From Lentisphaerota bacterium (lineage in GTDB: Bacteria > Verrucomicrobiota > Kiritimatiellia > UBA8416 > JABMPJ01), in the NCBI GenBank assembly GCA_013203785.1, contig JABMPJ010000161.1, positions 10,449 through 74,448 of the forward strand: a stretch of DNA of 64,000 nucleotides, in the 5' to 3' direction. Position 1 is the stretch's first letter. Every line of letters begins with the position of its first letter. The translations under genes were made by a program, and so were the position numbers. The notes under the pieces are model-generated. The model searched no databases. It worked only from the letters and a program-made list of their open reading frames with translations, and had not been told where the DNA came from. Shown piece by piece: positions 19,520 to 27,890 of this stretch.

Positions 19520-20087
19520 TGTTTCTGTCCCTTCTCTCCGGCCTTTCCCGTCTTCGTGCTACACGCTACGCCGAGGCGCGGCCGGAGCGAACCCAATAAT
19601 CTGCTTCACCCTTCGTGAATTTCCGTGGTTCGCCGACCTTGTGTACAGGCCCTGCGAGGTCGGTCTTCACTGGCACTTTCTCTATGTCGAACATCAGCTT
19701 TTCTAGAGAAAGGGTTCTAGCCCCATTCTCTATGGTAAACAAGGACGGAATGCTTGGAACGGGTTGAAATGGTGCAAACGGAAATAGAGGCGCTTGCGAA
19801 TTCCCCACAGCAATGCTACATCAAAGCGCATGAGAGAGACGACCGCCATAGCAACCATTCCTACGGAGCACAGCGATTCAGAGCTGATTCGAGCGCTCTG
19901 CACGACGGGGGCCTATCAAACCCCTGCGGCAGGCCGACGCGTCGGGTGGAGCCGCCTGGTGGGTGGCTGGGATCCGTGGGTCTACTGGCGCGTCTACCTT
20001 ATTATGCGCGCGGGCTGCCGCGCCGCCAAGGGGGGGCGTCACACGGCGGCGGTGTGGCGTAGGGAGTCCGAGGGCCTCATCCAGATC

Positions 20088-20720
20088 ATGGAGGCCGCGG
20101 GCGGTAGGTTGATAGTCTCAGGGATGTCAGAGGCACTTGCGCTGAATGAACCGGTGGTCTTTATCGCCAACCACATGGGTATGCTCGAAACCTTCTTTCT
20201 GCCCGCCATCCTGATGGCCCACGGCGATGTATCCTTTGTGGTAAAGCAGAGTCTGCTCGACTACCCGCTCTTCGGCCCCCTACTGGGCGCCACCCACCCC
20301 ATCGCGCTGACACGCCAAGATCCGCGGGGTGATCTGAAGACCGTGCTGACACGCGGATGCGAACTGCTCAAGCAGGGCCGCTCCATTGTCATCTTCCCGC
20401 AGGCCACGCGTGCCTCGGCCTTTACGCCGAGCAAGTTCAACAGCCTGGGAGCCAAGCTGGCCGCCCGCGCGGGGGTCCCGATCGTGCCCCTCGCACTCAA
20501 AACCGACTTTATGCGCGTCGGTAAGTGGGTCCGTGACTTTGGCTCGCTCGACCGCGAGTTACCCATCTACTTCCGTTGCGCCCCACCGATTATGCCCCCG
20601 ATCAACAGCCGCGATGCCCAGGCCGAGGTCGTGGCCTTTATTCGGTGCTGCCTGACCGAGTGGGGCGGACAGATTGACGACGGAGAGGTCGCGGACGAAG
20701 AAAGTGAGCCTGAATCATGA
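20088..20720 (+). CDS. 1-acyl-sn-glycerol-3-phosphate acyltransferase-like (LPLAT/PlsC family)
   Basis: ORF 19794..20720 (TTG start). Preferred ATG is ~20088 (MEAAGGRLIVSGMSEALALNEPVVFIANHMGMLETFF...). NH(x4)E/D acyltransferase motif and FPQATR/PIVPLAL blocks. Start uncertain (+/-1 nt; see summary). Confidence 0.6.
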   Translation: MEAAGGRLIVSGMSEALALNEPVVFIANHMGMLETFFLPAILMAHGDVSFVVKQSLLDYPLFGPLLGATHPIALTRQDPRGDLKTVLTRGCELLKQGRSIVIFPQATRASAFTPSKFNSLGAKLAARAGVPIVPLALKTDFMRVGKWVRDFGSLDRELPIYFRCAPPIMPPINSRDAQAEVVAFIRCCLTEWGGQIDDGEVADEESEPES

Positions 20721-21124
20721 GTGAATCCATGTTACCAGATCTTCAATCGAGCCTGCTGTGCGATGACGTGCGCCAGGAGCGCAACGGAAAGTTCATGCTG
20801 ATCGGCCTTTTTGACGGGCTCGGCGTACCCCAGTATCCGGCCGTCTTCCAGAAACTCTGTCTCGTGAATCGCTGGTGCTGCGGCAGTGGCGAATTCACCC
20901 AGTCCAGCCGCATTATAGGAACGGATGGGGTCACCGTAGTGACGCAGGGCAAGGATGTGGCCCTACGCCTGCCCAATGACATGGCCACCGCGACCAGCGT
21001 GGAGATCTTCCTCAACGTGAAGCTGGAAACACCCGGCATCTACTGGGTCGAAGTGATGCTGAACGGCAACATGCGCATCCGCTACCCCCTCCAAGCCCGT
21101 GAGGTCAAGCAGGGGCAGGGCTAA
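20717..21124 (+). CDS. hypothetical protein
   Basis: 135 aa. ATGA start/stop overlap with the upstream acyltransferase. No family recognised. Confidence 0.4.
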   Translation: MSESMLPDLQSSLLCDDVRQERNGKFMLIGLFDGLGVPQYPAVFQKLCLVNRWCCGSGEFTQSSRIIGTDGVTVVTQGKDVALRLPNDMATATSVEIFLNVKLETPGIYWVEVMLNGNMRIRYPLQAREVKQGQG

Positions 21125-22962
21125 TCCACCATCTCCATCTCAATCACATCGAGACCCGTCACCCAACGTTTGAGTGAGTTGAGGTCCAGCGTGAGCTGCG
21201 ACATGCGCTGTTGCGAGGCGGCGGAGAGGGGGATTTCATGGGCGAGCCGATCCCGCTCGAGGCTGAGGTGACGACGCCACAGCCGCAGAATAAGGTCCCG
21301 CGTGGCGTCTTCAGGTGCAAGCTCGCTCAAGCGCATGCGTGACTCGGTCATGAGCAACCGGGTCACGAAACCGTGCAATCCTTGTATACGCGCCTCCTCG
21401 TCAGCCAAAAGCTCCTGTACGGTACCCTCCCCCTTGCCCGCCCGCAGCGCGACCTCAGCCACGGCCCGGCAACGCATGTCCTGTAGAATGGCAAGGGGAA
21501 AATACTGCTCCACCAAAGCCCCTACACCGGGATGCTCCTCAATTTGCACAAGATGCTCACAGAGCTTCAGTTCGAGCTCCGGAATGGCGGCCTCGTCCTG
21601 CGACGCGCCCTCGTCCGCATCGGCCTCCGCCCCGGGCGCGGGCCGACGCTGACGGCGTTCAAGGTGCCTTAACTCATCCTGCAAGGCGGCCACGGGCAGA
21701 TTCAAATGCTGCGCCGCCGCCTGCATCAGGCGGGCCTGCTGCACCGAGTTGGGACTGCGCAGAATGGTTTGCAGCACATCCCGCGCCGCGCGCATGACGC
21801 CCACATCAGAGGAGAGGTCTTCGCGTCGCGCCAGCACAGCCACTTGGAAGTCCACGACCGAACCGGCGGCATCGAGGATAGCCTCAAAGGCCTCTCCACC
21901 CCGCTTGGCGATGAAACTGTCGGGGTCTTCCCCCTCCGGCAACGCGGCCACGCGCACACCCAACCCGGCCGAGAGGAAGATACCGGCGGTCTTAATGGCC
22001 GCCTCTTCGCCGGCATGGTCCGGATCGAACACGATCGCCACACTATCGACATAGCGCCGCAGGATGTTGGCGTGATCCTCCGTGAACGCGGTGCCCTGCG
22101 AGGCCACCGCAGTTGTGAAGCCGGCCTGATGGCAGCGGATCACATCAATCTGCCCCTCGCAAATGATCGCCTCGCGCTTGTCGACCATGGCGCGCCGTCC
22201 CTGATGGAGGGCATACAGCACACGACTCTTGCGAAAGAGCAACGTCTCCGGGCTGTTGATATACTTGGCCCCACGCGCATCGTCGCTCAGCGCGCGACCA
22301 CTAAAACCGATCACACGCCCCTGGATATCGCAGATCGGAAATATGAGACGATCACGAAAACGATCGTAGTAGCCCGCCTTCGGGTCATCCGCGTTACGCG
22401 GAATCACCAGGCCGGCCTTCTCCATCATCTCGGGCGTGAACTTGTGCTTGCGGGCCCATTGTAAGGCGCCGTCCCAGCGCTTGGGCGCATAGCCCACCCC
22501 GAAGGTCCGGATGATCTCCCCCTCCAGCTCGCGCTTCTTGAGGTAGCCGCGGGCATGCTCGGCCGCCTTCATCTGTTCGAGGCAGCGACTGAAGAACTCG
22601 GCAATCTCGGTGTGAATCTTATAGAGCGCGTCCTTGTCGGAGCGCTCTCCCGGATCGCCGTCCTCGAAATCGAGATGGATGCCCGCCCGGTCGGCCAGCA
22701 TCCGCACGGCGGTCATGAAATCAACCCCCTCATGCTCCTGAATAAAGGAGAAGACATCGCCGCCCTTCCCGCAGCCGAAGCAGTGGTAGATCTGGCGTTG
22801 GGCGTTGACGTTGAAAGAGGGCGTCTTCTCTTTGTGGAAAGGGCAGCACGCCTTAAACGTACCTCCCGCGCGCTTGAGAGTGAGGGCGGCCCCGATCACC
22901 TCGACGATATCGTTCCTGAAGCGGATCTCCTCGAGCGTACGTTTGGGTATAATCCCCGCCAT
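21121..22962 (-). CDS. dnaG: DNA primase
   Basis: 613 aa. Zinc-binding domain CCPFHKEKTPSFNVNAQRQIYHCFGCGKGGDVFSF, TOPRIM domain, C-terminal helicase-interaction region. Confidence 0.92.
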   Translation of the reverse strand: MAGIIPKRTLEEIRFRNDIVEVIGAALTLKRAGGTFKACCPFHKEKTPSFNVNAQRQIYHCFGCGKGGDVFSFIQEHEGVDFMTAVRMLADRAGIHLDFEDGDPGERSDKDALYKIHTEIAEFFSRCLEQMKAAEHARGYLKKRELEGEIIRTFGVGYAPKRWDGALQWARKHKFTPEMMEKAGLVIPRNADDPKAGYYDRFRDRLIFPICDIQGRVIGFSGRALSDDARGAKYINSPETLLFRKSRVLYALHQGRRAMVDKREAIICEGQIDVIRCHQAGFTTAVASQGTAFTEDHANILRRYVDSVAIVFDPDHAGEEAAIKTAGIFLSAGLGVRVAALPEGEDPDSFIAKRGGEAFEAILDAAGSVVDFQVAVLARREDLSSDVGVMRAARDVLQTILRSPNSVQQARLMQAAAQHLNLPVAALQDELRHLERRQRRPAPGAEADADEGASQDEAAIPELELKLCEHLVQIEEHPGVGALVEQYFPLAILQDMRCRAVAEVALRAGKGEGTVQELLADEEARIQGLHGFVTRLLMTESRMRLSELAPEDATRDLILRLWRRHLSLERDRLAHEIPLSAASQQRMSQLTLDLNSLKRWVTGLDVIEMEMVD

Positions 22963-22965
22963 GAC

Positions 22966-23571
22966 CTACCCGTCCCGCGAGAACCATTTGCGCAGCCTGC
23001 CCGCCTTGGGCTTCTCAACGTCATGCTCCAGCAGGGCTTCGACTTTCTCGCGTGAAGCCTCCACCTGTTCGTGCAGACGATCCGGTACATCCATCTCCTC
23101 AAGCTGCTCCTGCACGGCCGGCACCAGACGCATGACGAACGACCCGATCAGTGACTCCTCACCGAAGTGACGGTTGAGATAGTCGTGCGGCCAGAGATTC
23201 ATGGCCAGGAAGATAATCGCGACATAGAGCGCCCCTTTGACCAGACCGGCGACGCCGCCAGCAATCGCATCGACCCCCTCGGGGATAGCCAACTTGATCA
23301 GCTTGCTCATCACGACTGTCAGCAGCAGCGAAGCCAGCATCACAAGGAGTACCACGCCGATATAAGAGACCACCTGGGCCGTCTGCCCCTCCACGCGAGT
23401 ATGATCCGCGAGCCACCCCGCCACGCTGTCGTGATAGCGCAGGCCCAGCCAGAATGCGACAATCGCGCCCAACAGACGGGCGATCTCCTCCGATAGCCCA
23501 CGTCTACAACTCAACACTATATGCAGCAGTACAAATAGCACCGCCACGATATCCACTACGTTCAACTGCAT
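22966..23571 (-). CDS. cvpA: CvpA family membrane protein (colicin V production protein-like)
   Basis: 201 aa. MQLNVVDIVAVLFVLLHIVLSCRRGLSEEIARLLGAIVAFWLG, 4 TM, glycine-rich GGVAGLVKGALYV block. Confidence 0.7.
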   Translation of the reverse strand: MQLNVVDIVAVLFVLLHIVLSCRRGLSEEIARLLGAIVAFWLGLRYHDSVAGWLADHTRVEGQTAQVVSYIGVVLLVMLASLLLTVVMSKLIKLAIPEGVDAIAGGVAGLVKGALYVAIIFLAMNLWPHDYLNRHFGEESLIGSFVMRLVPAVQEQLEEMDVPDRLHEQVEASREKVEALLEHDVEKPKAGRLRKWFSRDG

Positions 23572-23578
23572 TACCGTC

Positions 23579-25117
23579 CTACCGCTTCGGTTGAGGGGGC
23601 GACGTGCGCTCGTTCTCTTTCAGCCAGTCGCGTGCCTGCAGCCCGAACTCACCGTCACCATCGAGACGGCGCACGTGTTCGAAATGGGTGCGTGCCAGGC
23701 CACGACTGTTCGCCTTGGCATGAATCACTGCGAGGAGATAGTGCGCCTTAACGTGGTTGGCGCTGCCGATGAGCAGCTCGTCGAGCAGCTCGGCTGCGTG
23801 GTCGTCGTCGCCTCGTTCGTGCAGCACCACGGCCAACATGAAGCGCGCATCCGACCAGTCTGGACGCAGGGCCAGCGCCTTCTCAAAGGCCTGCTGCGCT
23901 GTGGCCAGATCGCCTTCAGTCTTCGCGACCAGGCCGAGATTATGCCAGGCACCAAAAAGCGTAGGATCCTTCGCCACGGCTTGCTTATAGAGGACCAAAG
24001 CACGCGCCGACTCGTTCCGGCGGTGTGCCGCCAGCGCTTGCGTCCATAGCTCGGCACCGGTCTCAGCACTCGCGACGGTCGGGGCTTGCGAGGCGGAGGG
24101 CTTGGCCTTCACGGGGGCGGCTGGAACCGGTCCCGGTATGAGGGCGACTCGCGCATCGTCAGGATAGGCCGCTGCAAAACGCTTGTACGTGGCTGCGGCC
24201 TTGGAGCTCATCCCCAGATGGACGCCATAGACCTCCGCCAAACGCCACAGCAGGTCGGGATCTTCGCTCTTTTCGATCGCCTGTTTCAGTGTTACCAGCG
24301 CCTCCTCATACGCCTTCCGATCAATCGACGCCTTGGACAGGGCCAGTGCTTTGGCCACAGAAGCGGGGGGGGCAGTCACGGCCACGGTGGGCACCGCCAC
24401 AGGCACTGGAGTCGGCACCGCGATGGGCACAGGGGCCGCTGCGGTTGGTGCCTTCGGGGCCACACCATGCTGCGCCACAAACGCCTGCAGATCCGCTGCA
24501 CGCGTGTCATCCTGCCCAGCCTGTGCCAGGTAGCCTTCGAAATAGGCCGCCGCGCGCGCCATATCCTTGCGCCCGTCGCGCTGCACCACGCCGGCGTTGT
24601 AGAGCGCCGCCCCATAGTGCTCGTCGGCCTGTAGTGCCTGACTGAGGAACGCCTCGGCCATATCGAGGTTTCCTGCACGGTACTCCACGACACCCATGGA
24701 TGTCAGAATGCGTGGAGAGTAGCCCTCGCGCCGGTTGGCCTGGTCGAGCAGCACCCGGGCCTCGCGCCAATGGCCCGCCTTCATCTCCAGCTGTGCCGCG
24801 AGCTCGAGCGCGCGTGTGTCCGCCCGGTCCAGCGTCGCCGCCTGCGCAAAGGCCGCCAGCGCCGGGGGTGATTCGCCCGCCAAGGCATAGGCGCTCCCCA
24901 AGTTGATCCAGGCCACGCTGTTGGAGGGTACCTGTTCCACAACATGCACCAGCAACGGAATAGCGCCTGCGGCATCGCCGTGCTCAAGCAGATCGACCGC
25001 CTTAACCATCTCGACGTCATGCGGGACCGGGGACGGGACCGGGTCCGGAGCGCCGCAACCGCTCCCCAACACCCCCCACAGCACGAGCCACGACAAGGTC
25101 CTCACTGAATCTCTCAT
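23579..25117 (-). CDS. secreted/lipoprotein-like TPR-repeat protein
   Basis: 512 aa. Signal peptide MRDSVRTLSWLVLWGVLGSGC. Multiple TPR units (AWINLGSAYALAG, ALYNAGVVQRDG, AWHNLGLVAK). Pro/Ala-rich linker in the middle. Confidence 0.75.
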   Translation of the reverse strand: MRDSVRTLSWLVLWGVLGSGCGAPDPVPSPVPHDVEMVKAVDLLEHGDAAGAIPLLVHVVEQVPSNSVAWINLGSAYALAGESPPALAAFAQAATLDRADTRALELAAQLEMKAGHWREARVLLDQANRREGYSPRILTSMGVVEYRAGNLDMAEAFLSQALQADEHYGAALYNAGVVQRDGRKDMARAAAYFEGYLAQAGQDDTRAADLQAFVAQHGVAPKAPTAAAPVPIAVPTPVPVAVPTVAVTAPPASVAKALALSKASIDRKAYEEALVTLKQAIEKSEDPDLLWRLAEVYGVHLGMSSKAAATYKRFAAAYPDDARVALIPGPVPAAPVKAKPSASQAPTVASAETGAELWTQALAAHRRNESARALVLYKQAVAKDPTLFGAWHNLGLVAKTEGDLATAQQAFEKALALRPDWSDARFMLAVVLHERGDDDHAAELLDELLIGSANHVKAHYLLAVIHAKANSRGLARTHFEHVRRLDGDGEFGLQARDWLKENERTSPPQPKR

Positions 25118-25248
25118 AAAATCACGCCTTCATTACTTCGGGTTCTGCGTCCCTATATAGCAGTAGACCTCTAATCCGGCCAAGGTGAATGTGCGGTAAG
25201 AGAGAAAACGCTGGACGCCGCGATAGCAGATTGTCCATAACTTTTGCC

Positions 25249-25845
25249 ATGGAACCGACCCCTACAGGCTTGGACCCGACGCCCGCGCGCAAAAATCCAC
25301 CAGCCACGCGCAAGCAGCGCCTGCTCCTGCACATCTGCAGTGCACTCTGCCCACCCGAGGCGATCGAATGCCTGCGCGCTGACTACGAGATCACCGGCTT
25401 CTTCTCCAACTCGAACATCGCCCCGGAACCCGAGTATTGGCGACGCCTGACCGAGGCCCACCGCCTGGCTACGGAACTCGGGATACCCTTTATTATGGAC
25501 ACCTACGACCATGCCGAGTGGTTGGAAAGCGTGGCCGGACTGGAATCAGAGCCGGAAGGAGGGGCGCGCTGCGAGCGCTGCTTCGCCTTCAGCCTCTCGC
25601 ACGCCGCCGCCTATGCCGCCGCCAACGGCTTCGACAACTACACCACCACCCTCTCCATCGGCCCTGACAAGGATAGCACCACGATCTTTCGAGTGGGGCG
25701 CGAGCAGGGCCCTTTCCTTGAAGTGAACCTCAAGAAGAAGGACGGCTTCCGCCGCAGCCTCGAGTTAAGCCGCACCTATGATCTCTACCGCGAGGACTAC
25801 TGCGGCTGTGAGTTCAGCCGCTCCACTCCCGCCCCCTCGGCGTGA
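25249..25845 (+). CDS. queH: epoxyqueuosine reductase QueH (DUF208 family), variant N-terminal Cys motif
   Basis: ORF 25189..25845; preferred start ATG 25249. LLLHICSALCPPE (canonical LLLHxCCAPCS) and C-terminal YDLYREDYCGCEFS (canonical YCGC). Confidence 0.7.
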   Translation: MEPTPTGLDPTPARKNPPATRKQRLLLHICSALCPPEAIECLRADYEITGFFSNSNIAPEPEYWRRLTEAHRLATELGIPFIMDTYDHAEWLESVAGLESEPEGGARCERCFAFSLSHAAAYAAANGFDNYTTTLSIGPDKDSTTIFRVGREQGPFLEVNLKKKDGFRRSLELSRTYDLYREDYCGCEFSRSTPAPSA

Positions 25846-25917
25846 GAGCCTCTCGCTCCTGCATCCCGAAGACCGCCCTGCACATGGGATCGGGCGCATC
25901 TGCGATTTGGTGCATAG

Positions 25918-25988
25918 GTCCCAATCGTAATCGTAATCCTGCTCGTAATCATAATCGGATTACGATTACGAGCAGGATTACGATTGGG
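25918..25988. repeat. ~71-bp imperfect palindromic element built from CGTAATC heptads (copy A)
   Basis: TCCCAATCGTAATCGTAATCCTGCTCGTAATCATAATC|GGATTACGATTACGAGCAGGATTACGATTGGGA. A near-identical element is at 38486..38556. The ORF-track translations NRNRNPARN.RITITSRITI on both strands are artefacts of this repeat. Confidence 0.8.
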
Positions 25989-26081
25989 ACAGATACAACA
26001 GAACGTCAGATAGGCCCTGAAAGCAACAGCAGCCCTATTTTTGGAGTCGCTGTGATCGAGTCCCTGTGTCAGGCTAGAGAG

Positions 26082-26408
26082 ATGAAGAAGACCTTTGAGT
26101 TGATTCACCCGAAAATCAAGTACCCCAGACTTGTCGAGGCGGTCCGGCGAGATGTTAAGAAATATGTAAAGCGCGAGTGCCGCAAGACGCTCCCGGAGGG
26201 ATTTGATTTCTGGGCTTTCGACTGCAAATTTGGTCCGACCGAAGCGGATGCCAAGGTGATCCATGTGGCCGAGTTCAGCCAGTATATCACTACCGCCGAG
26301 AAGGAAGAGCTGACCTCTTTCTATATTGAGATCCTGGCGAAGCCAGCGAAACGCCAGAAGAAACAGGGAGCCGTAGCCAAGGGCGGGCAGGCAATGCCGG
26401 AGGCCTAG
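26082..26408 (+). CDS. small basic hypothetical protein (108 aa)
   Basis: ORF 25842..26408; upstream portion is repeat-derived. Real start likely ATG 26082 (MKKTFELIHPKIKYPRLVEAVRRDVKKYVKRECRKTL...). Lys/Arg-rich, slightly lower GC. Confidence 0.45.
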   Translation: MKKTFELIHPKIKYPRLVEAVRRDVKKYVKRECRKTLPEGFDFWAFDCKFGPTEADAKVIHVAEFSQYITTAEKEELTSFYIEILAKPAKRQKKQGAVAKGGQAMPEA

Positions 26409-26509
26409 CACCTAAATAAGCCAACTGATACCCTATTTAGACTTGTGTTCGTTGGGGCGCTGCGATAGAGTCTCTTTTTCATTCAAAACACCCTACGGGA
26501 GAGGTTACC

Positions 26510-27829
26510 GTGCCTGAAGAACAAGCTGTCCTGGATGCGCTAAGCCAGATCATTGATCCTGATTTTCAACGAGATATTGTCAGTCTGGGCTTTATCAAAG
26601 AGATGGTCATTCGTGAGGGGCATGTGGCCTTCTCGATCGAGCTGACCACACCGGCCTGCCCTATTAAGGATCGCTTCCGCGAGGAAGCGGAGCGGCTGGT
26701 TGGGGCTGTACCCGGCGTCACGAAGGTGAGTGTCACCATGACCGCCCGCGAGCGGCCCAAGCGGCAGCTCGAAGAGGGCAGCGGCCTGGACAAGGTGCGC
26801 ACCATCATCGCGATCAGCTCGTGCAAAGGCGGCGTCGGAAAATCGACGGTTGCCGCCATGCTGGCGCGTAACATCGCCGCGCGTGGACACAAGACCGGGC
26901 TGCTCGATACCGATATTTTCGGGCCGTCCGTTCCCACCCTCTTTAATCTACACCAAGAGGGTGTGGCCGGACAGGGCGACTACATGCTACCCGTGGAGGC
27001 GGATGGACTCAAAATCATGTCGTTCGGTTTCATGATTGGAGACAAGCCAGCCGTCATGCGTGGCCCGATGGTGTCGAATTACCTACAGCACCTGCTCCAT
27101 CACGTGGCATGGGGCGAACTGGACTACCTCGTGATTGACCTGCCACCCGGCACGGGGGATATCCAGCTGACGTTGTCGCAATCGATCCAGATTGATGCGG
27201 CCGTGATTGTGACGACACCGCATCAGCTCTCGCTGACCGATGTACGTAAAGGGATACTGATGTTCGACAAGGTTAATGTGCCGGTGATCGGCGTGATCGA
27301 GAACATGGCCTACTTTATCTGCGACGGCTGCGACAAGCGGCATGAGATTTTCGGAGGCGGTGGCGCCGGTGAGCTGGAACAGCGCTTTGGACTGAAGCAG
27401 CTGGCAGAACTACCCATTTCGACCAGCATGAGTGGCTCGCTGGCCGCTATTTCCGACTCTGCTGCGGCCCAAGAGGCTACTGACGCGGTGATCCGTGCGG
27501 TCGGAGCCCAGGCACTAGCGCGCAACGAGAAACCCGCCGTGGCCTTTGATGCGGCACAGATCACCCTGACGTGGCCGGATGGCGAAACGGTCACGGTGGC
27601 GAACCGGGCGCTGCGATTGGCGTGCGCGTGCGCGAATTGCGTGGACGAGATGTCGAGCCGCCCCACCCTCGATCCTGACACGGTGCCCATGGACATTCAT
27701 GCCAAGGAGGTCTGGACGATCGGCAACTACGCCATCGGCGTGAACTGGTCGGATGGCCACGCCACCGGGTTCTTCCCCTATCATACGTTGCGGGAGATGG
27801 TGGGCGCGCCGGCCAAAGCGCGCCGGTAG
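26510..27829 (+). CDS. apbC: Fe-S cluster carrier ATPase Mrp/ApbC/NBP35 with N-terminal DUF59 (MIP18-like) and C-terminal DUF971 domain
   Basis: 439 aa, GTG start. DUF59 block IIDPDFQRDIVSLGFIKEM. P-loop IIAISSCKGGVGKST. CxxC cluster-binding CDGCDKRH. C-terminal CACANCVDE...WSDGHATGFFPYHTLRE matches the DUF971 zinc-binding domain. Confidence 0.85.
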   Translation: MPEEQAVLDALSQIIDPDFQRDIVSLGFIKEMVIREGHVAFSIELTTPACPIKDRFREEAERLVGAVPGVTKVSVTMTARERPKRQLEEGSGLDKVRTIIAISSCKGGVGKSTVAAMLARNIAARGHKTGLLDTDIFGPSVPTLFNLHQEGVAGQGDYMLPVEADGLKIMSFGFMIGDKPAVMRGPMVSNYLQHLLHHVAWGELDYLVIDLPPGTGDIQLTLSQSIQIDAAVIVTTPHQLSLTDVRKGILMFDKVNVPVIGVIENMAYFICDGCDKRHEIFGGGGAGELEQRFGLKQLAELPISTSMSGSLAAISDSAAAQEATDAVIRAVGAQALARNEKPAVAFDAAQITLTWPDGETVTVANRALRLACACANCVDEMSSRPTLDPDTVPMDIHAKEVWTIGNYAIGVNWSDGHATGFFPYHTLREMVGAPAKARR

Positions 27830-27890
27830 GGCGCATGCTCTGGGTGCGCCGCGAATAGGTAGTGCACGCGGCCACACGCTGGGGTGATCC

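Noticed and set aside
19566-19808. 80-aa ORF 19566..19808 (-) in the spacer between the PLD-like fragment and the plsC-like gene
   Set aside because: No recognisable motif. It overlaps the TTG-initiated 5' extension of the acyltransferase ORF, and its composition is not convincingly coding. It may be a further remnant of decayed island genes, but is not callable.
20030-20105. Apparent frameshift in the acyltransferase region: my reading of the sequence near 20040 and 20100 differs by one base from what the supplied ORF translations imply
   Set aside because: Two independent ORF-track entries agree with each other and with a continuous reading frame. The offsetting -1/+1 differences are most likely a transcription or reading artefact on my side, not a biological frameshift or pseudogene. 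Coordinates there are given with +/-1 nt uncertainty.
25842-26081. 5' extension of ORF 25842..26408, and ORFs 25797..26411 (-), 38379..38657 (+), 38454..38681 (-) encoding NRNRNPARN..RITITSRITI peptides
   Set aside because: These peptide strings are simply translations of the CGTAATC/GATTACG palindromic repeat on either strand. They are not treated as coding. The CDS starts at the ATG at 26082 with a normal composition thereafter.
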